A stretch of DNA of 64,000 bases, taken from NCBI RefSeq assembly GCF_036321535.1, contig NC_087438.1, forward strand, positions 23,560,001 through 23,624,000. Direction: 5' to 3'. Shown one piece after another: positions 12,421 to 23,555 of this stretch. The DNA is from Camelus dromedarius (lineage: Eukaryota). Within the stretch, counting starts at the first letter, position 1. Each line of letters opens with the position of its first letter. A program made the translations under genes and the position numbers. The notes beneath the pieces were generated by a model. It worked only from the letters and a program-made list of their open reading frames with translations. It was not told where the DNA came from and made no database searches.

Positions 12421-14284
12421 AGATGAAACCAGAGAAAAGGCAGATGTTACCCAGAGAAGGAGATCCTAAAACTTACTGAACAGCTGGATCTTTAGGGTTC
12501 ACAGGCGGCTTTGGGCATGGGAGAGAGAGATGATCTAATTTAGGTTTTAGAAGTACTTCTCTGACTTCTAACGAGAAAGATCAAAGGCAGGGAGACTTCG
12601 CAGTAATCCAAGTGAGAGGTTATGATGCCGAAGGCACACATAGTTAGGAAACTCTTTAGGTGGCAGAAATGATAAGACTCGGTAATGTGGGTTGACTGAA
12701 GACATGAATAGAAGAAGAAAAACCACACCAGGAACTTGTTTGCCACACAGAGCTTTGAAGCTGAGACTGAGTCATTCATTTTTTTAGGGACAGTATCACT
12801 GTTTTGTTAGGACACTGATGGCTCCATTGGTGAGCAGACCAGAGTGGGATGGAGCCATCAGACAGCTCTCTCAGTCTCTGCAGGTGGCAGGAGGAACCAG
12901 AAGGTTGGGCAGAATAGAATAAGCCTCCTCCTGGGCCCTCCCCAGGCACATGGAAGCTCCAGGATGACCAGGGGCAGAGCTAGGGGCTACTACCCATCAA
13001 GTCACCTTGCACATTTCCCCATAGGGTTCTGGGAAGTGAAGTGGAGCTTAATGGCTACCATCTTACACAGTACTCCTTCAAAACTGGGACTTTCTGCCCT
13101 ACAAGAGAATTGTGTTTTAGTTGAAACTGATCCTTTGTTTGTATTGATCCAAATCCCTTTCCCCGCCTAGCAAGCACTCCCCAGTGCTCTCTGCCTTCCA
13201 GAATTTTACCCAAACTTCAGGGAAGTCCTGGCCACTCTGACAGCATGTGCTCAGTGCAGAGCATCCTGGGGGAGGTAAAAACAAGCAGATGCCCTCTTTC
13301 CCAGGGAAGCTGGTTCCTGTTTGTGGGGGCGGGAATGTATGCACCTAAATATGAGTCCAAAAATTGTCAAATTCTGAGAAAATGCAAAGAAAGAAATTAC
13401 CATGGTGAGGTCCAGCTAATGAATAAAGGCCTTCAGCTGGATAAATGAGCATCCCAGAAAAACAGAGCGACTGTGCTGAGATGCCTGATGCTCTGAGCTC
13501 CTATTGTCTTGTCTTGGGTTTTATTAAGCCAACAAAACTAACTGGGTTACCATTTTATCTTCCCATTCATTCACATGTGAAGTATTTCCCCCAATTTTCT
13601 CTGACAGTTTTCTCATTCCTCTCACCAGTAAAAGCCTGAAGCACTGTGCCAAGCCTCCCACCAGTTCTGAAACCAGGTAATCAAAAATAATATGCCCCTT
13701 CACTAAGACAAAGAATAAAAAGTATAGAACAACAATTAAAAGGTTAACTACTTCATAGCAAAGCAAAGCATGGATCACTGTGGAGTAGCTGTAATCATAA
13801 AGCAATCAGGTGGTCAAATTCAAAGCAAGTCTCAGGCAGGTTGTACCAAGAAAGTTGACTGTTAGCCAGGGAAAACTAACAGTGCATTTTAGACTCGGTA
13901 TGGAGGTTGCTTAGAATCTTCAACTCACTGAATTTCCATTAAATTAGAACAAAACTGTAAACAATGCCCACCCTCTACAGTATATCAGAGCTTAGGGATC
14001 TGGTAGGCTAACTAATTCTAATGCATGACTGTTAATGTTATTACAATATTTAAGATTTCTGCATGCCATTTAAAAACCAACTCAAAAATTCCCAAATGAC
14101 TTAAGATATCCACCCAAGACTTCAATATAGTAAACTAGATATTCTGAAAAACTCTCCCAGTATTAAGCCCCTAACAACGCTTATAGCATTAAAAAAGGAG
14201 GTAAATCCTCAGAGGCCAAAAATAGGAAAAAAGAAAAACAAAAACAAGTCAGCAGAAATTCAGAGAGAAAAGTAAAAGATGCAG

Positions 14285-14693
14285 TGTGAGCTTTTTCTTG
14301 TGGCAACTTGGCTAGGCTGCAGTCCCAGTTACTCAAACACTAATCTGGGTGTTACTGTGAAGGCATTTTGTAGATGTAATTAAAGTCCATAATCAGTTGA
14401 CTTAAGGTAAAGAAGATTATTCTTGATATGCTGTTAGGCCTGATTCAATCAGTTGAAAGACCTTAAAAGCAGAGCTGAGACTTCCCAGACAAAGAAATTC
14501 TACCCGTGGACAGCTTCTTTAGCTATGCCTGAGAGTCACAGCCTGCACTTCCTGACAGCCTGCCCACTGATTCTGGATTTGCCTAGCCAGCCCTCACTAT
14601 CATGTAGACTGATTTCTTGCAATAAAGCTAATAAAGCTCTTAATATATATTTCCTACTGGTTCTGCTCCTCTGGCTAAACCCTGATTGATGCA
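14285..14693 (+). mobile_element. MLT2 (ERV-L) solo LTR
   Basis: caacttggctaggc...ctgtgaaggcattttgtagatgtaatt...caatcagttgaaagaccttaa...cctactggttctgc...aaccctgattgatgca. Confidence 0.85.
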
Positions 14694-14794
14694 AGGAGCT
14701 AGCTGCTGATCAGGGCACCTGCTGCTCCCTACTTCTGCTCTGGAGAAAATAGGTCAGCTTAGGACCCACAGAGGTGAAAAGCCAGACTAGAGAC

Positions 14795-15778
14795 TAAGGG
14801 AAAAGACCTAAACAAGCAATTCTCCAAGGAANNNNNNNNNNNNNNNNNNNNNNNNNNNNNNNNNNNNNNNNNNNNNNNNNNNNNNNNNNNNNNNNNNNNN
14901 NNNNNNNNNNNNNNNNNNNNNNNNNNNNNNNNNNNNNNNNNNNNNNNNNNNNNNNNNNNNNNNNNNNNNNNNNNNNNNNNNNNNNNNNNNNNNNNNNNNN
15001 NNNNNNNNNNNNNNNNNNNNNNNNNNNNNNNNNNNNNNNNNNNNNNNNNNNNNNNNNNNNNNNNNNNNNNNNNNNNNNNNNNNTTACCGTATGACCCAGG
15101 AATCCCGCTCCTGGGCATGTATACAAAAGGAACCCTACTTCAAAANNNNNNNNNNNNNNNNNNNNNNNNNNNNNNNNNNNNNNNNNNNNNNNNNNNNNNN
15201 NNNNNNNNNNNNNNNNNNNNNNNNNNNNNNNNNNNNNNNNNNNNNNNNNNNNNNNNNNNNNNNNNNNNNNNNNNNNNNNNNNNNNNNNNNNNNNNNNNCC
15301 ATTTGCAGCAACATGGATGCTCCTGGAGAATGTCATTCTAAGTGAAGTAAGCCAGAAAGAAAAAGAAGAATATCATATGAGATTGCTCATATGTGGAATC
15401 TAAAAAAATAACAAAAAACAAAAAACATAAATACAAAACAGAATTAGACTCATAGACACAGAATACAAACTTATGGTTGCCAAGGGGGTGGGGGGTGGGA
15501 AGGGACAGACTGGGATTTCAAAATGTAGAATAGATAAACAAGATTATAGATTATACTGTATAGCACAGGGAAATATATACAAGAACTTATGGTAGCTCAC
15601 AGAGAAAAAAACATGACAATGAATATATATATGTTCACGTATAACTAAAAACTTGTGTGCTACACTGGAATTTGACACAACATTGTAAAATGATTATAAA
15701 TCAATAAAAAGTGTTAAATAAAAAGCAAATAAGTATATAAAATAAATAATCTTCTAAGCAAAAAAAAAAAAAAAAAAA
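14795..15778 (+). mobile_element. 5'-truncated lineage-specific L1 (ORF2 end, 3' UTR and poly-A)
   Basis: gacctaaac...ttctccaagga ORF2 end; 3' UTR cagaatacaaacttatggttgccaaggggg...gacacaacattgtaaaatg...tcaataaaaa; A19 at 15760-15778; two internal N blocks. Confidence 0.92.
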
Positions 15779-15929
15779 GGTGAACCAGAAACAAGCAAGT
15801 AAGCAAACGTAAACTTGGCTCTCTGGGCTTGGACTCTGGGTACAGGGCAGAAAACTACTCACAGAGAACCTATAGCCACAAGCCATAGACTCGGGACCCA
15901 ACTCCATAGTGGAATATGTGTAACTTCGA

Positions 15930-16400
15930 CATTAAGCATAGATAGATACCACTTCACATTCATGAAACTGGCAAAATTTGTACGTGAGAATATCAAGTAT
16001 GAGACAGAATACGGACCAATGGGAACTCTCATACTCACTGCTCTTGAACAACTTTGGAAAGCAACTTTGCACCATCTGGTAGAGTCACAGATGTATACAT
16101 CCTATGGGATATTGATTTCATTACACTACTAGGTCTGTGCCCTGAAAAACCCTATGAACCTGTGTTCTTAAAAACACATGTAGAAGAATGGTCTGTGCAA
16201 TATAATGTATAATAGCCCCAAACTGGAAAAGTTTCCGATCTATTCACAGGAGACCAGAGCAAGTGCAAAATTCACATAATGGAGTACTCCACAGCAGAGA
16301 AAAGGAACGGATTATAGCTACACGTCCTGGCACAAACATAATGTGGTGTAACCAAAAGCCCAATACACGTATTATGATTCCATTTCCTTTCATGGTCTTA
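15930..16400 (+). mobile_element. Old L1 (L1ME-like) 3' fragment
   Basis: ggaactctcatactcactgct...actttggaaagcaactttgca...aatagccccaaactggaaa...tatgattccattt. Confidence 0.6.
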
Positions 16401-19400
16401 CCACATGTTATAAAGATAAACCCTGGACCAGATGCCTTACTCACTCATATCCTATATCTAGGCTGTCAGCTCTTCAGACCAAGATCTATATCCTAGTCAC
16501 AGCTGTCCTCACAGAACCCAGGAGAGCACCAGACAAAGAGAAGATACCCAACAGAGATTCGTTGAATGAATGAATAAATTTTGAACACAAAAGCGCATGC
16601 CAGGGACTAGAGCCTGTGTTTCTAGCCTAGTGTCCTGATCCACGAAATCCCAGACTCTGACTTCACCTGCCTGGACCCCTTTACGCCACAGATGACCCTG
16701 AGCTGTTGTCATGCAACCTATCTGACTCTCCTGCCCCAGCTTCCAAAAACCATAGTCCCCCTGATACTTCCATCCAAGAGCCACTCGCGCCCCAGTGTGA
16801 TACGTTCCCACCAAAAAAACCTAACAGAAAGGAGCTTGTCAATGTCAATAAAATGAGGTTTTGAAATTTGCTCTAGATTTCATTCCAGCAAGCTATATTT
16901 CCCCATAATTTAACATGGATTCCAGAACATTAGAGAAAATGAGAATTTTGGCAGGGCTCAGCAAAAACAAGTCTCAGAAAAGCATATGGGTTAAGAAATT
17001 TTAGTTCAAATTGATCAAATCAATAACAAAGTAGCCTCACATTAAAGTCCTGGGGAAAAAAGAAGTTAATTACTTTGGGCCACATTGATAAGGGACTTGC
17101 TGTGAAATTCCTGGGCACTTTTCCATGTGGGAAATAAATATAAGTGAAGGGACACATTTTCAGGGAAAGTAATTGCTACACTTTCTCCCCCGAATTTCCA
17201 GAGTACTTTTAAACTACAACGTTTTCCAATACCAAGAATGTCCCTGTTTGACCATTACAAAGACAGGCTGTTTTACACAAGGAAAGGTGGTCTTTATTGA
17301 TATAATCACAGTAATTCAATCTTGCAGCACCAACTGCCCTAAGCATGAGGTGCACCTTAATGTTGTCTAATGATATGGCTAGTGTCAGTTAATTCCATCA
17401 CCTCTGCAGGATAATGTGGTCCAAGAACACTGCAATTACCTGGTTCAGCGAGACCAAGCACATTTCAGTATACAAAGATTTTTCAATTCTAAGTGTCAAG
17501 TATACTTTAAGTATAATCGCATGTACATTAGCTTATTCTGTAATCTCTAGTTGCCGTGTAAGTGCCGAATCATGCTTCTTGTCTTAGGAAGGGAGATAAG
17601 TCACAAACTGACACTTCCTCAACATCTAGAAAATGCACATTTCTTTTTTCTTTCTATCACGGTTACGTGGACTCAACGCTAGTGCACGCTAGTTTCATCT
17701 ATATGGCTACAAATCACTCTTCATTTCATTCAATGATTTAATGAATTTCTACTTGGCACCTAACACTGTTACACACTGTTTGGGGAGAGAGTTCCTACTC
17801 TAATGGGGCTTTCCAGAGAGTTGATAAAACATGATTTATATTCAAGGAAGGCTTAAAGAATAAAAATGAGAGAGTATAAAGCACGAGGTATAATAGACCA
17901 TTGACTCATGAGCTTGGCTACATTCTGAACACCAGCTACCTTGACACTTTTGAAAATTCACTCCCTCCTCTGAGCCACAGTTGCCTCTTTGGTGAAGAAA
18001 GGGGCTGCATGAGGCACTCTCAAACACCTTTCCAACAAAGCGTCCACTTCTGACATCCTGGGGTTTTCAGCAAGTATAAAAGAATATCTTTCAGAAGATG
18101 TGTGTGGAGAAATTCACAGCGCAAAGATTGTCCCAAGGCGGGATAAATCCGAGAAGGTTTCATAGCAGTGGGTGGTCCTAAGGTTGGCCTAGAAGCACAA
18201 TGATGAGATTGTGTGACAAGCACCATCACTGTGGTATTGGGTGTGGCCTAACGGGGACATGACATTTGTAAACCTCACTCTTTTCCTATTCATCTCTTCT
18301 GCCTTTATGACTAAAATACATGCCATTCTCAATTCACTATTACTCAACTCGACCTCAACAGGGGGGTTATAAAGGAGACGTGTTCGAGGTGGGAAGGTGA
18401 GGAATAGCCTAACATTTCACAGAGCAGCCACGCCTCCAGGAGCAATTATCCAGCCAAGTTCACTCACTGCCTTAGTAACACTCTCCACCATCACGATGAC
18501 CTAGAGACCTAAAAAATACCGAATCACACGTCCAAAGTGTCATCCATCATCCAAGGTGTACAGACACTGGGCAGTTATTCAGGTGACTGGATTGGTGACA
18601 CAGTTCTAAGAATTCACCCTGAGACTAAATTATCTGGATTGGTACCTCAATCAATCAAACCACCCGGATGGTGTTTCTCTTCTCTTGGTGATTTCTGGAA
18701 GGAGATTTAGACAATAACTTATCTAGCTCATCTAATTTAGATCAGAGTTACAACTGTTTACTAAAGTTAAGGAATTAAAGCAGCTGTCCATTTTTGTGTA
18801 TAGAAACTGTTACAGACTCAGAATTTTCTATTGCTTACATGCTCTGCTAAGATTACAGAAGAAACTCCCGGGACGTCTGGAGAGAAATTACTGCTCCCCT
18901 TGTCCTTTCTTTCTCCTACTTGCTAAGCTCAAGGTCTGAATCCACTGAAACCCTTATCAGAATCCACCTTCCCTAATTCCTTCATCATCTATCTATTTTC
19001 CCTTTGAGGTCCATGCGTTCAAAATCCTTGACACATATAAATAATATGATGGTTTATTTTGTTAACTTCTATCCCACTACTTTTTCTCTGAAGAAAGAAG
19101 AAACTAAATAATAAACATTTTTTAAAAATCCCAATTTTCAGTGGCCCTTTACGCATAGACTACAATCTCCTACACATTAAAAAGAATTGGGAGTTGCAAG
19201 GAAATAACTTGGGTCAGTTTACCTCTGAAAACTACCTGAAACTCTAGTACAAGGCAGAGAGGAGCAAATCAGATCATTCCCAGGGCACAGGGGCAGGGAA
19301 CATACTTGGAGGTGGACTACAAGCAAAATGCAGCCAACAGAACCTTAGCCGAATTCATCATCCGATAATGTGTTGATTTTTTTTCTCAGTTTCTCTTCAC

Positions 19401-19816
19401 ACATCATTATCAGCATCATTAAACATTTAAATCTGACTTCCATATGCAGCTATGACAAGCTGCCTGGTAATAGTCCACGCTAATGTATCATAACATTGCT
19501 GACACTGAAAATCATTGTCTTTAATTTAAACTATCTTCCTCTAAGGGATTCAGAAGAGGCTTTTAAAAAGAGCAGTTCACCAGTGTGAATACCACATGAG
19601 TGCCATCAACTAACTTGGCAAGAATGTAGGAGATACCTTTTTCCTTTCCCCTTTAAAAAAAAAAAAGTACCGAGAAGTGAAATGATTTATACAAGGGTAT
19701 ATATTTTCTGGCCCCAGAATGAAGAGGAGATAACAGATTTGAATGAGAACAAGTGAAAAGACAGTAATAGAACAAAGCAACCTCCTGTATCCAGTGAGGA
19801 GATCAAGTCACAATAC

Positions 19817-19967
19817 CCTTTAATCCGCAGGTTGGCTCCTTCATCTCTGGGACGCCCTGCCTCTGCCTCCTGTACACGATGTGTGGGTGGTACTCTCCCT
19901 CAGCCAGCGGGTGCTTTTTGACAGGCTCAATGAAAAAGTCTCCATGTGGTAGTTGGAAAAATCCACT
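19817..19967 (-). CDS. ADAMTS12: ADAMTS12 internal coding exon (exon-3 equivalent), prodomain with cysteine switch
   Basis: Minus strand: acceptor tttacag|AGT at 19968/19967 and donor AAGG|gtattg at 19817/19816. The 151 nt (phase 0 to phase 1) translate to [50 protein letters not shown]+G. This matches the recalled human ADAMTS12 segment [48 protein letters not shown]. Confidence 0.96.
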
Positions 19968-20011
19968 CTGTAAATACATGCAATACAAAGGCTTATTTGA
20001 ATCAATTCTTT

Positions 20012-20082
20012 TAATTTTATTTTTTATTGAAGTGTAGTTGATTTACAATGTTAGTTTCAGGTGTACAGCAAAGCAATTCAGT

Positions 20083-20134
<52 letters not shown>

Positions 20135-20254
20135 TATATTTTCAGATTCTTTTCCATTACAGTTTACCACAAGAAATTGAATATAGTTCCCTGTGCTATA
20201 CAGTAGGCCCTTGTTCTTTACCTCTGTTATATAAATAGTAATGTGTATCTGTCA
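20012..20254 (-). mobile_element. 5'-truncated L1 3' UTR with 13-bp TSD, containing (CA)18 at 20089-20124
   Basis: ttttattgaagtgtagttgatttacaatgttagtttcaggtgtacagc...gttccctgtgctatacagtagg. TSD gaatcaattcttt (19999-20011) / gaatctattcttt (20255-20267). Confidence 0.9.
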
Positions 20255-21067
20255 GAATCTATTCTTTACCTAGGTAAAGAAAGTTAGCAAAGTGAAAATT
20301 ATGTAGATCATGACGATCCCCGAAACTCATGAGAACAGCGCTTTCATCATTTGCCATCTGGTCTCACAGAAGAGCTACACATAAATAATTTAGTGAAATG
20401 TCTTCATAGTCAAAGTTATTCAATGTTTTGGGGTCATGACCCCTTGGAGATGCTAATGAAAAGAAATGCACATATACATATGTCTCCAAAATGTAGCATA
20501 CAGTTTTACAGGTTCATGGATTCCCTCTACCCCCGAAAACCCATGGCTGGATACCTATGAATCTTAAGTGAGGAACTAGTGCTCCCCAGGTGCCCTGACT
20601 TGGAACTGGTACTTTCACTCCACATTTCATTGACAACTTTTGGGAACATTTTCCTGTACGTGGGTAGCTACATGTTCACATAGAGGTTTGACCTGAAGTG
20701 TTCAGTGCCATTCTGCTCTCAAGGAAACAAAGAAACAATAACGCTAAGTTCCTGATCTAAAATTGAGTTGGGAGTTTCCAGTGGAAAGCCCTCTGGCAGT
20801 TTCCAGGGAGAGGAAGGCACTCTCATTTCACAGATGTGGGGATCAGCGATAAGTTGGAGAATGCTGGGCAATGGGTAACTCTTTTTGGAGGTCAGGTCTA
20901 CAACTCTGTTTTCTCTTGGAGAAAATGTCTTAGTGTCCATTTGAGATGTTTTGAAACTCCTTTGCCAATGATCTCCTAGGTTGGATTTAATTCTCAGGAT
21001 CTGAACTCTATATCCATGAAGAAAAGGTCTCACCCTCAGTGCCCAGCTTGAGGCATCACATCGAGGT

Positions 21068-21262
21068 GGGCAAGAGCTTGGACTCTGGAATTAAACTGGG
21101 TTCACAGCCCAGCTCTTCCACTAATGAGTGCTGTGATTTGGGGTAAATGACTTACTCAGTTTCCTCTTTCTCAACCAAAAAATGGGCATAACCAAGGGCT
21201 GTTGTGAAGATTAAATGAGTTAATCTATGCAAAGCTCTTAGACAAGGCCATGGCCCACAGTC
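21068..21262 (+). mobile_element. MIR SINE
   Basis: ggactctgga...ctgggttcacagcccagctcttccact...gctgttgtgaagattaaatgagttaat. Confidence 0.8.
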
Positions 21263-23068
21263 TTCTCTGTCATTACACTCTTTCCAGGGCTCAGATTTTA
21301 TGTCTTTTCATTGTCTTAGGTTCTCCAGAGTCGACATAGCAGTTCAATGAAACATTAAGTCTGAAAAATTAACCTGGAAGCCTTGAGGTTAGGAAAACTG
21401 TGAGAGTCCCAGAGTTCAAGCCCCCTCACCACAACTCAGCAAGCCAGGCTACTCTGCTCCACAGACGAGTCTGAAGACTAGCTGAGTGGCCCCCAAGGTC
21501 AGGAGGCAAAAGGGCCCCCATGAAGGAAGATGCTCTCTGTTGAACCGCCTTTGACTTGGGGGTCTTTCCAAAATGTCTGCTTCATTGTACCAGTAATATA
21601 ACCAGATCTAAACATAAATCTCACAATTGGCTTCCTACTTTGATTACTAACCTTAAAGTATCTTTAATAACAAGGGAACAGAAAAAAGGAAGGACAAGAA
21701 TAGCTTTGTGACAATGAATAGGTCACCCAACCTGTAAAAGGTGGGTAATGTCTACTATCTCATAGGACTGTTAGGAGAATCAAACGAGCTGGAGCTTATC
21801 CAAGCCCCATGCCAACTGCTTTACAAATTCAGGGTGGGAATATTTTAATTGTCCGCTCCAGTAGTGGTTACATCTGACTCTGAATTTGCTAATATTTCTT
21901 AGGAGACATGACTTTTTTTTTCCTCAGCATATTTCTTGGCTGAAAAATCTCTGGGACAGGAAGAACTGACCAGGTCTAGACCACAATAAAATAGCTGGAA
22001 GCAGACTCATGTAGGGCTGAGATTTGGTGCCATTTCTAGTCTGAGACAAAGATCACAGCCTAGGGACACGGAGAATGTGGGCCTATTGCTAATGAAGTTC
22101 ATTTGTTCCTTAGAAACGAAACAGAAGGCAAGGACTCCTTGAGGGTAGCTGCTGTGGAGTCCCTTTGTGCAACTGCCATCAACCTAATACTGATGTCCTT
22201 GAAGAAAAAGAAAAATAACCTCAACAAGAAGGACACCTTGCTACTTCTTCAGCCTCAAATTTTGGACCCAGGTAGTGCAGAAGAAACAGATGGGGCACCA
22301 GTTGAGAACATGATAACTATTTTTATGGGCAAAGAGTGCCTAAAAGCCAAATGAGCATTTTCTTAAAGGCTTAATTCCATTTGCATTCCTCCACAAAGCC
22401 CGCTTTGCCAGCATGCACCTGGCAATTACCTATGCAGCCGAAATATTTCTCAGAAGCTGGGTGGAGATCTAGAAGAGTTGCGTGACTCACCAGCTGGACA
22501 GGAAGTGGGACACCTGCTCACATGTAAGTGGGGCTGCTGCCCCAGGACCCCGTGTGTGTGCTTCACAGAGAAGGGAATGGACAGGAGGGGATGAAGAGCT
22601 ACCCGCTGGTTTCTTGGAGAGTGAGGCGGGAAGATTTCCCAGCTGAGCCCTGCACTGCCTCCCTCCCTCAACATATAAACACAGAGCTTTGTACATCTGC
22701 TTCCCAAGTGGCCATGGTTCACTGGTCTCTTCTCACCCAGCCAGAGCCCGGTCAGCTGGGAAACCTGACTTGCTTTCCGATGGAAGGAAGGCTGGCCCCA
22801 CGCTTTCCCTGAAACTAATTGCCCAAGAGAACCACCTTCTTCTGTTGCCAACTCTGGATTTGAATCAAAGGAGGAGTTCTTCCTTCCAGTCTTCTCTACA
22901 ACCTGCTCGCCTCTTCTATCTTTGAAGTTGAATGAGAATGGGTTTGAAAAATTAGTATCCAATCCACTGGGGGCTTGAACAGATTCCCAGAATAATCAGG
23001 GCAGACTAAGCTGCAGGAAAAAGCTCAAAGAAGACAAATCTGCCCTTTTCTTTCCATCGTCTACTCTT

Positions 23069-23217
23069 TTTTTTTTTTAATTGAAGTATCGTTGCTTTGC
23101 AATGCTGTGTTAGTTTCTGGTGTACAGCATAATGATTAGCAGATACAAACTACTACATATAAAATAGATAAACAACAAGATCCTACTGTATCATACAGTA
23201 GGACCAGTCATTCAGTA
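23069..23217 (-). mobile_element. Short L1 insertion with internal inversion and 16-bp TSD
   Basis: Poly-T plus reverse L1 3' end, then a forward L1 segment. TSD tccatcgtctactctt (23053-23068) / tccatcatctactctt (23218-23233). Confidence 0.85.
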
Positions 23218-23339
23218 TCCATCATCTACTCTTCCTCCTCCCAGTATCCGGTAGTCCCAGCACAGAAATAAACTCACCTCCTTGTTTAACTAAGTTATAA
23301 ATATCTGTGAGTGCCTCCCGAGGCTATCTTCTAAGAATT

Positions 23340-23555
23340 GTTTTAAATACACTTCATTTTGAAGCATTATAAACATACAGAAGAAGTTCAAAACATAACT
23401 GTGAAGTCCCATTAATCTTTCATAGAGGGAATACCTGCATGCAGAAACAGAACATTCCTAGCAGCCGAGAAACTTCCTGTTTCTCTTTCCAGTGAAATCA
23501 TCCTCAAGGGTAACTGTTATTCTGATTTCTAACACTAATAAACTAGTTTTAAAGC
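23340..23555 (-). mobile_element. Old L1 3' end
   Basis: aaacatacagaagaagttcaaaa...agaacattcctagcagcc...aagggtaactgttattctgatttcta. Confidence 0.6.

Larger units (their letters stand above)
1..19816 (-). other. ADAMTS12: ADAMTS12 intron downstream of the exon (intron-3 equivalent, partial)
   Basis: Begins at the GT donor at 19816. I found no next exon (DSVN...RSISKERWVETLVVAD-like) in this interval. Human intron 3 is recalled as tens of kb long. Confidence 0.8.

Noticed and set aside
14759-15345. X-containing ORFs here and at 1-295, 3354-3775, 39290-41152 and 57570-57918
   Set aside because: They are open only because N runs hide stop codons; most flanks are decayed L1 or MIR.
19968-19988. 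N-terminal MYCMYLQ of the ORF 19803..19988
   Set aside because: This is intronic polypyrimidine/acceptor sequence; homology starts after the AG at 19968.
22450-22962. 170-aa minus-strand ORF, sense to ADAMTS12
   Set aside because: No similarity to ADAMTS12 or any family I recognise; no convincing splice boundaries identified.
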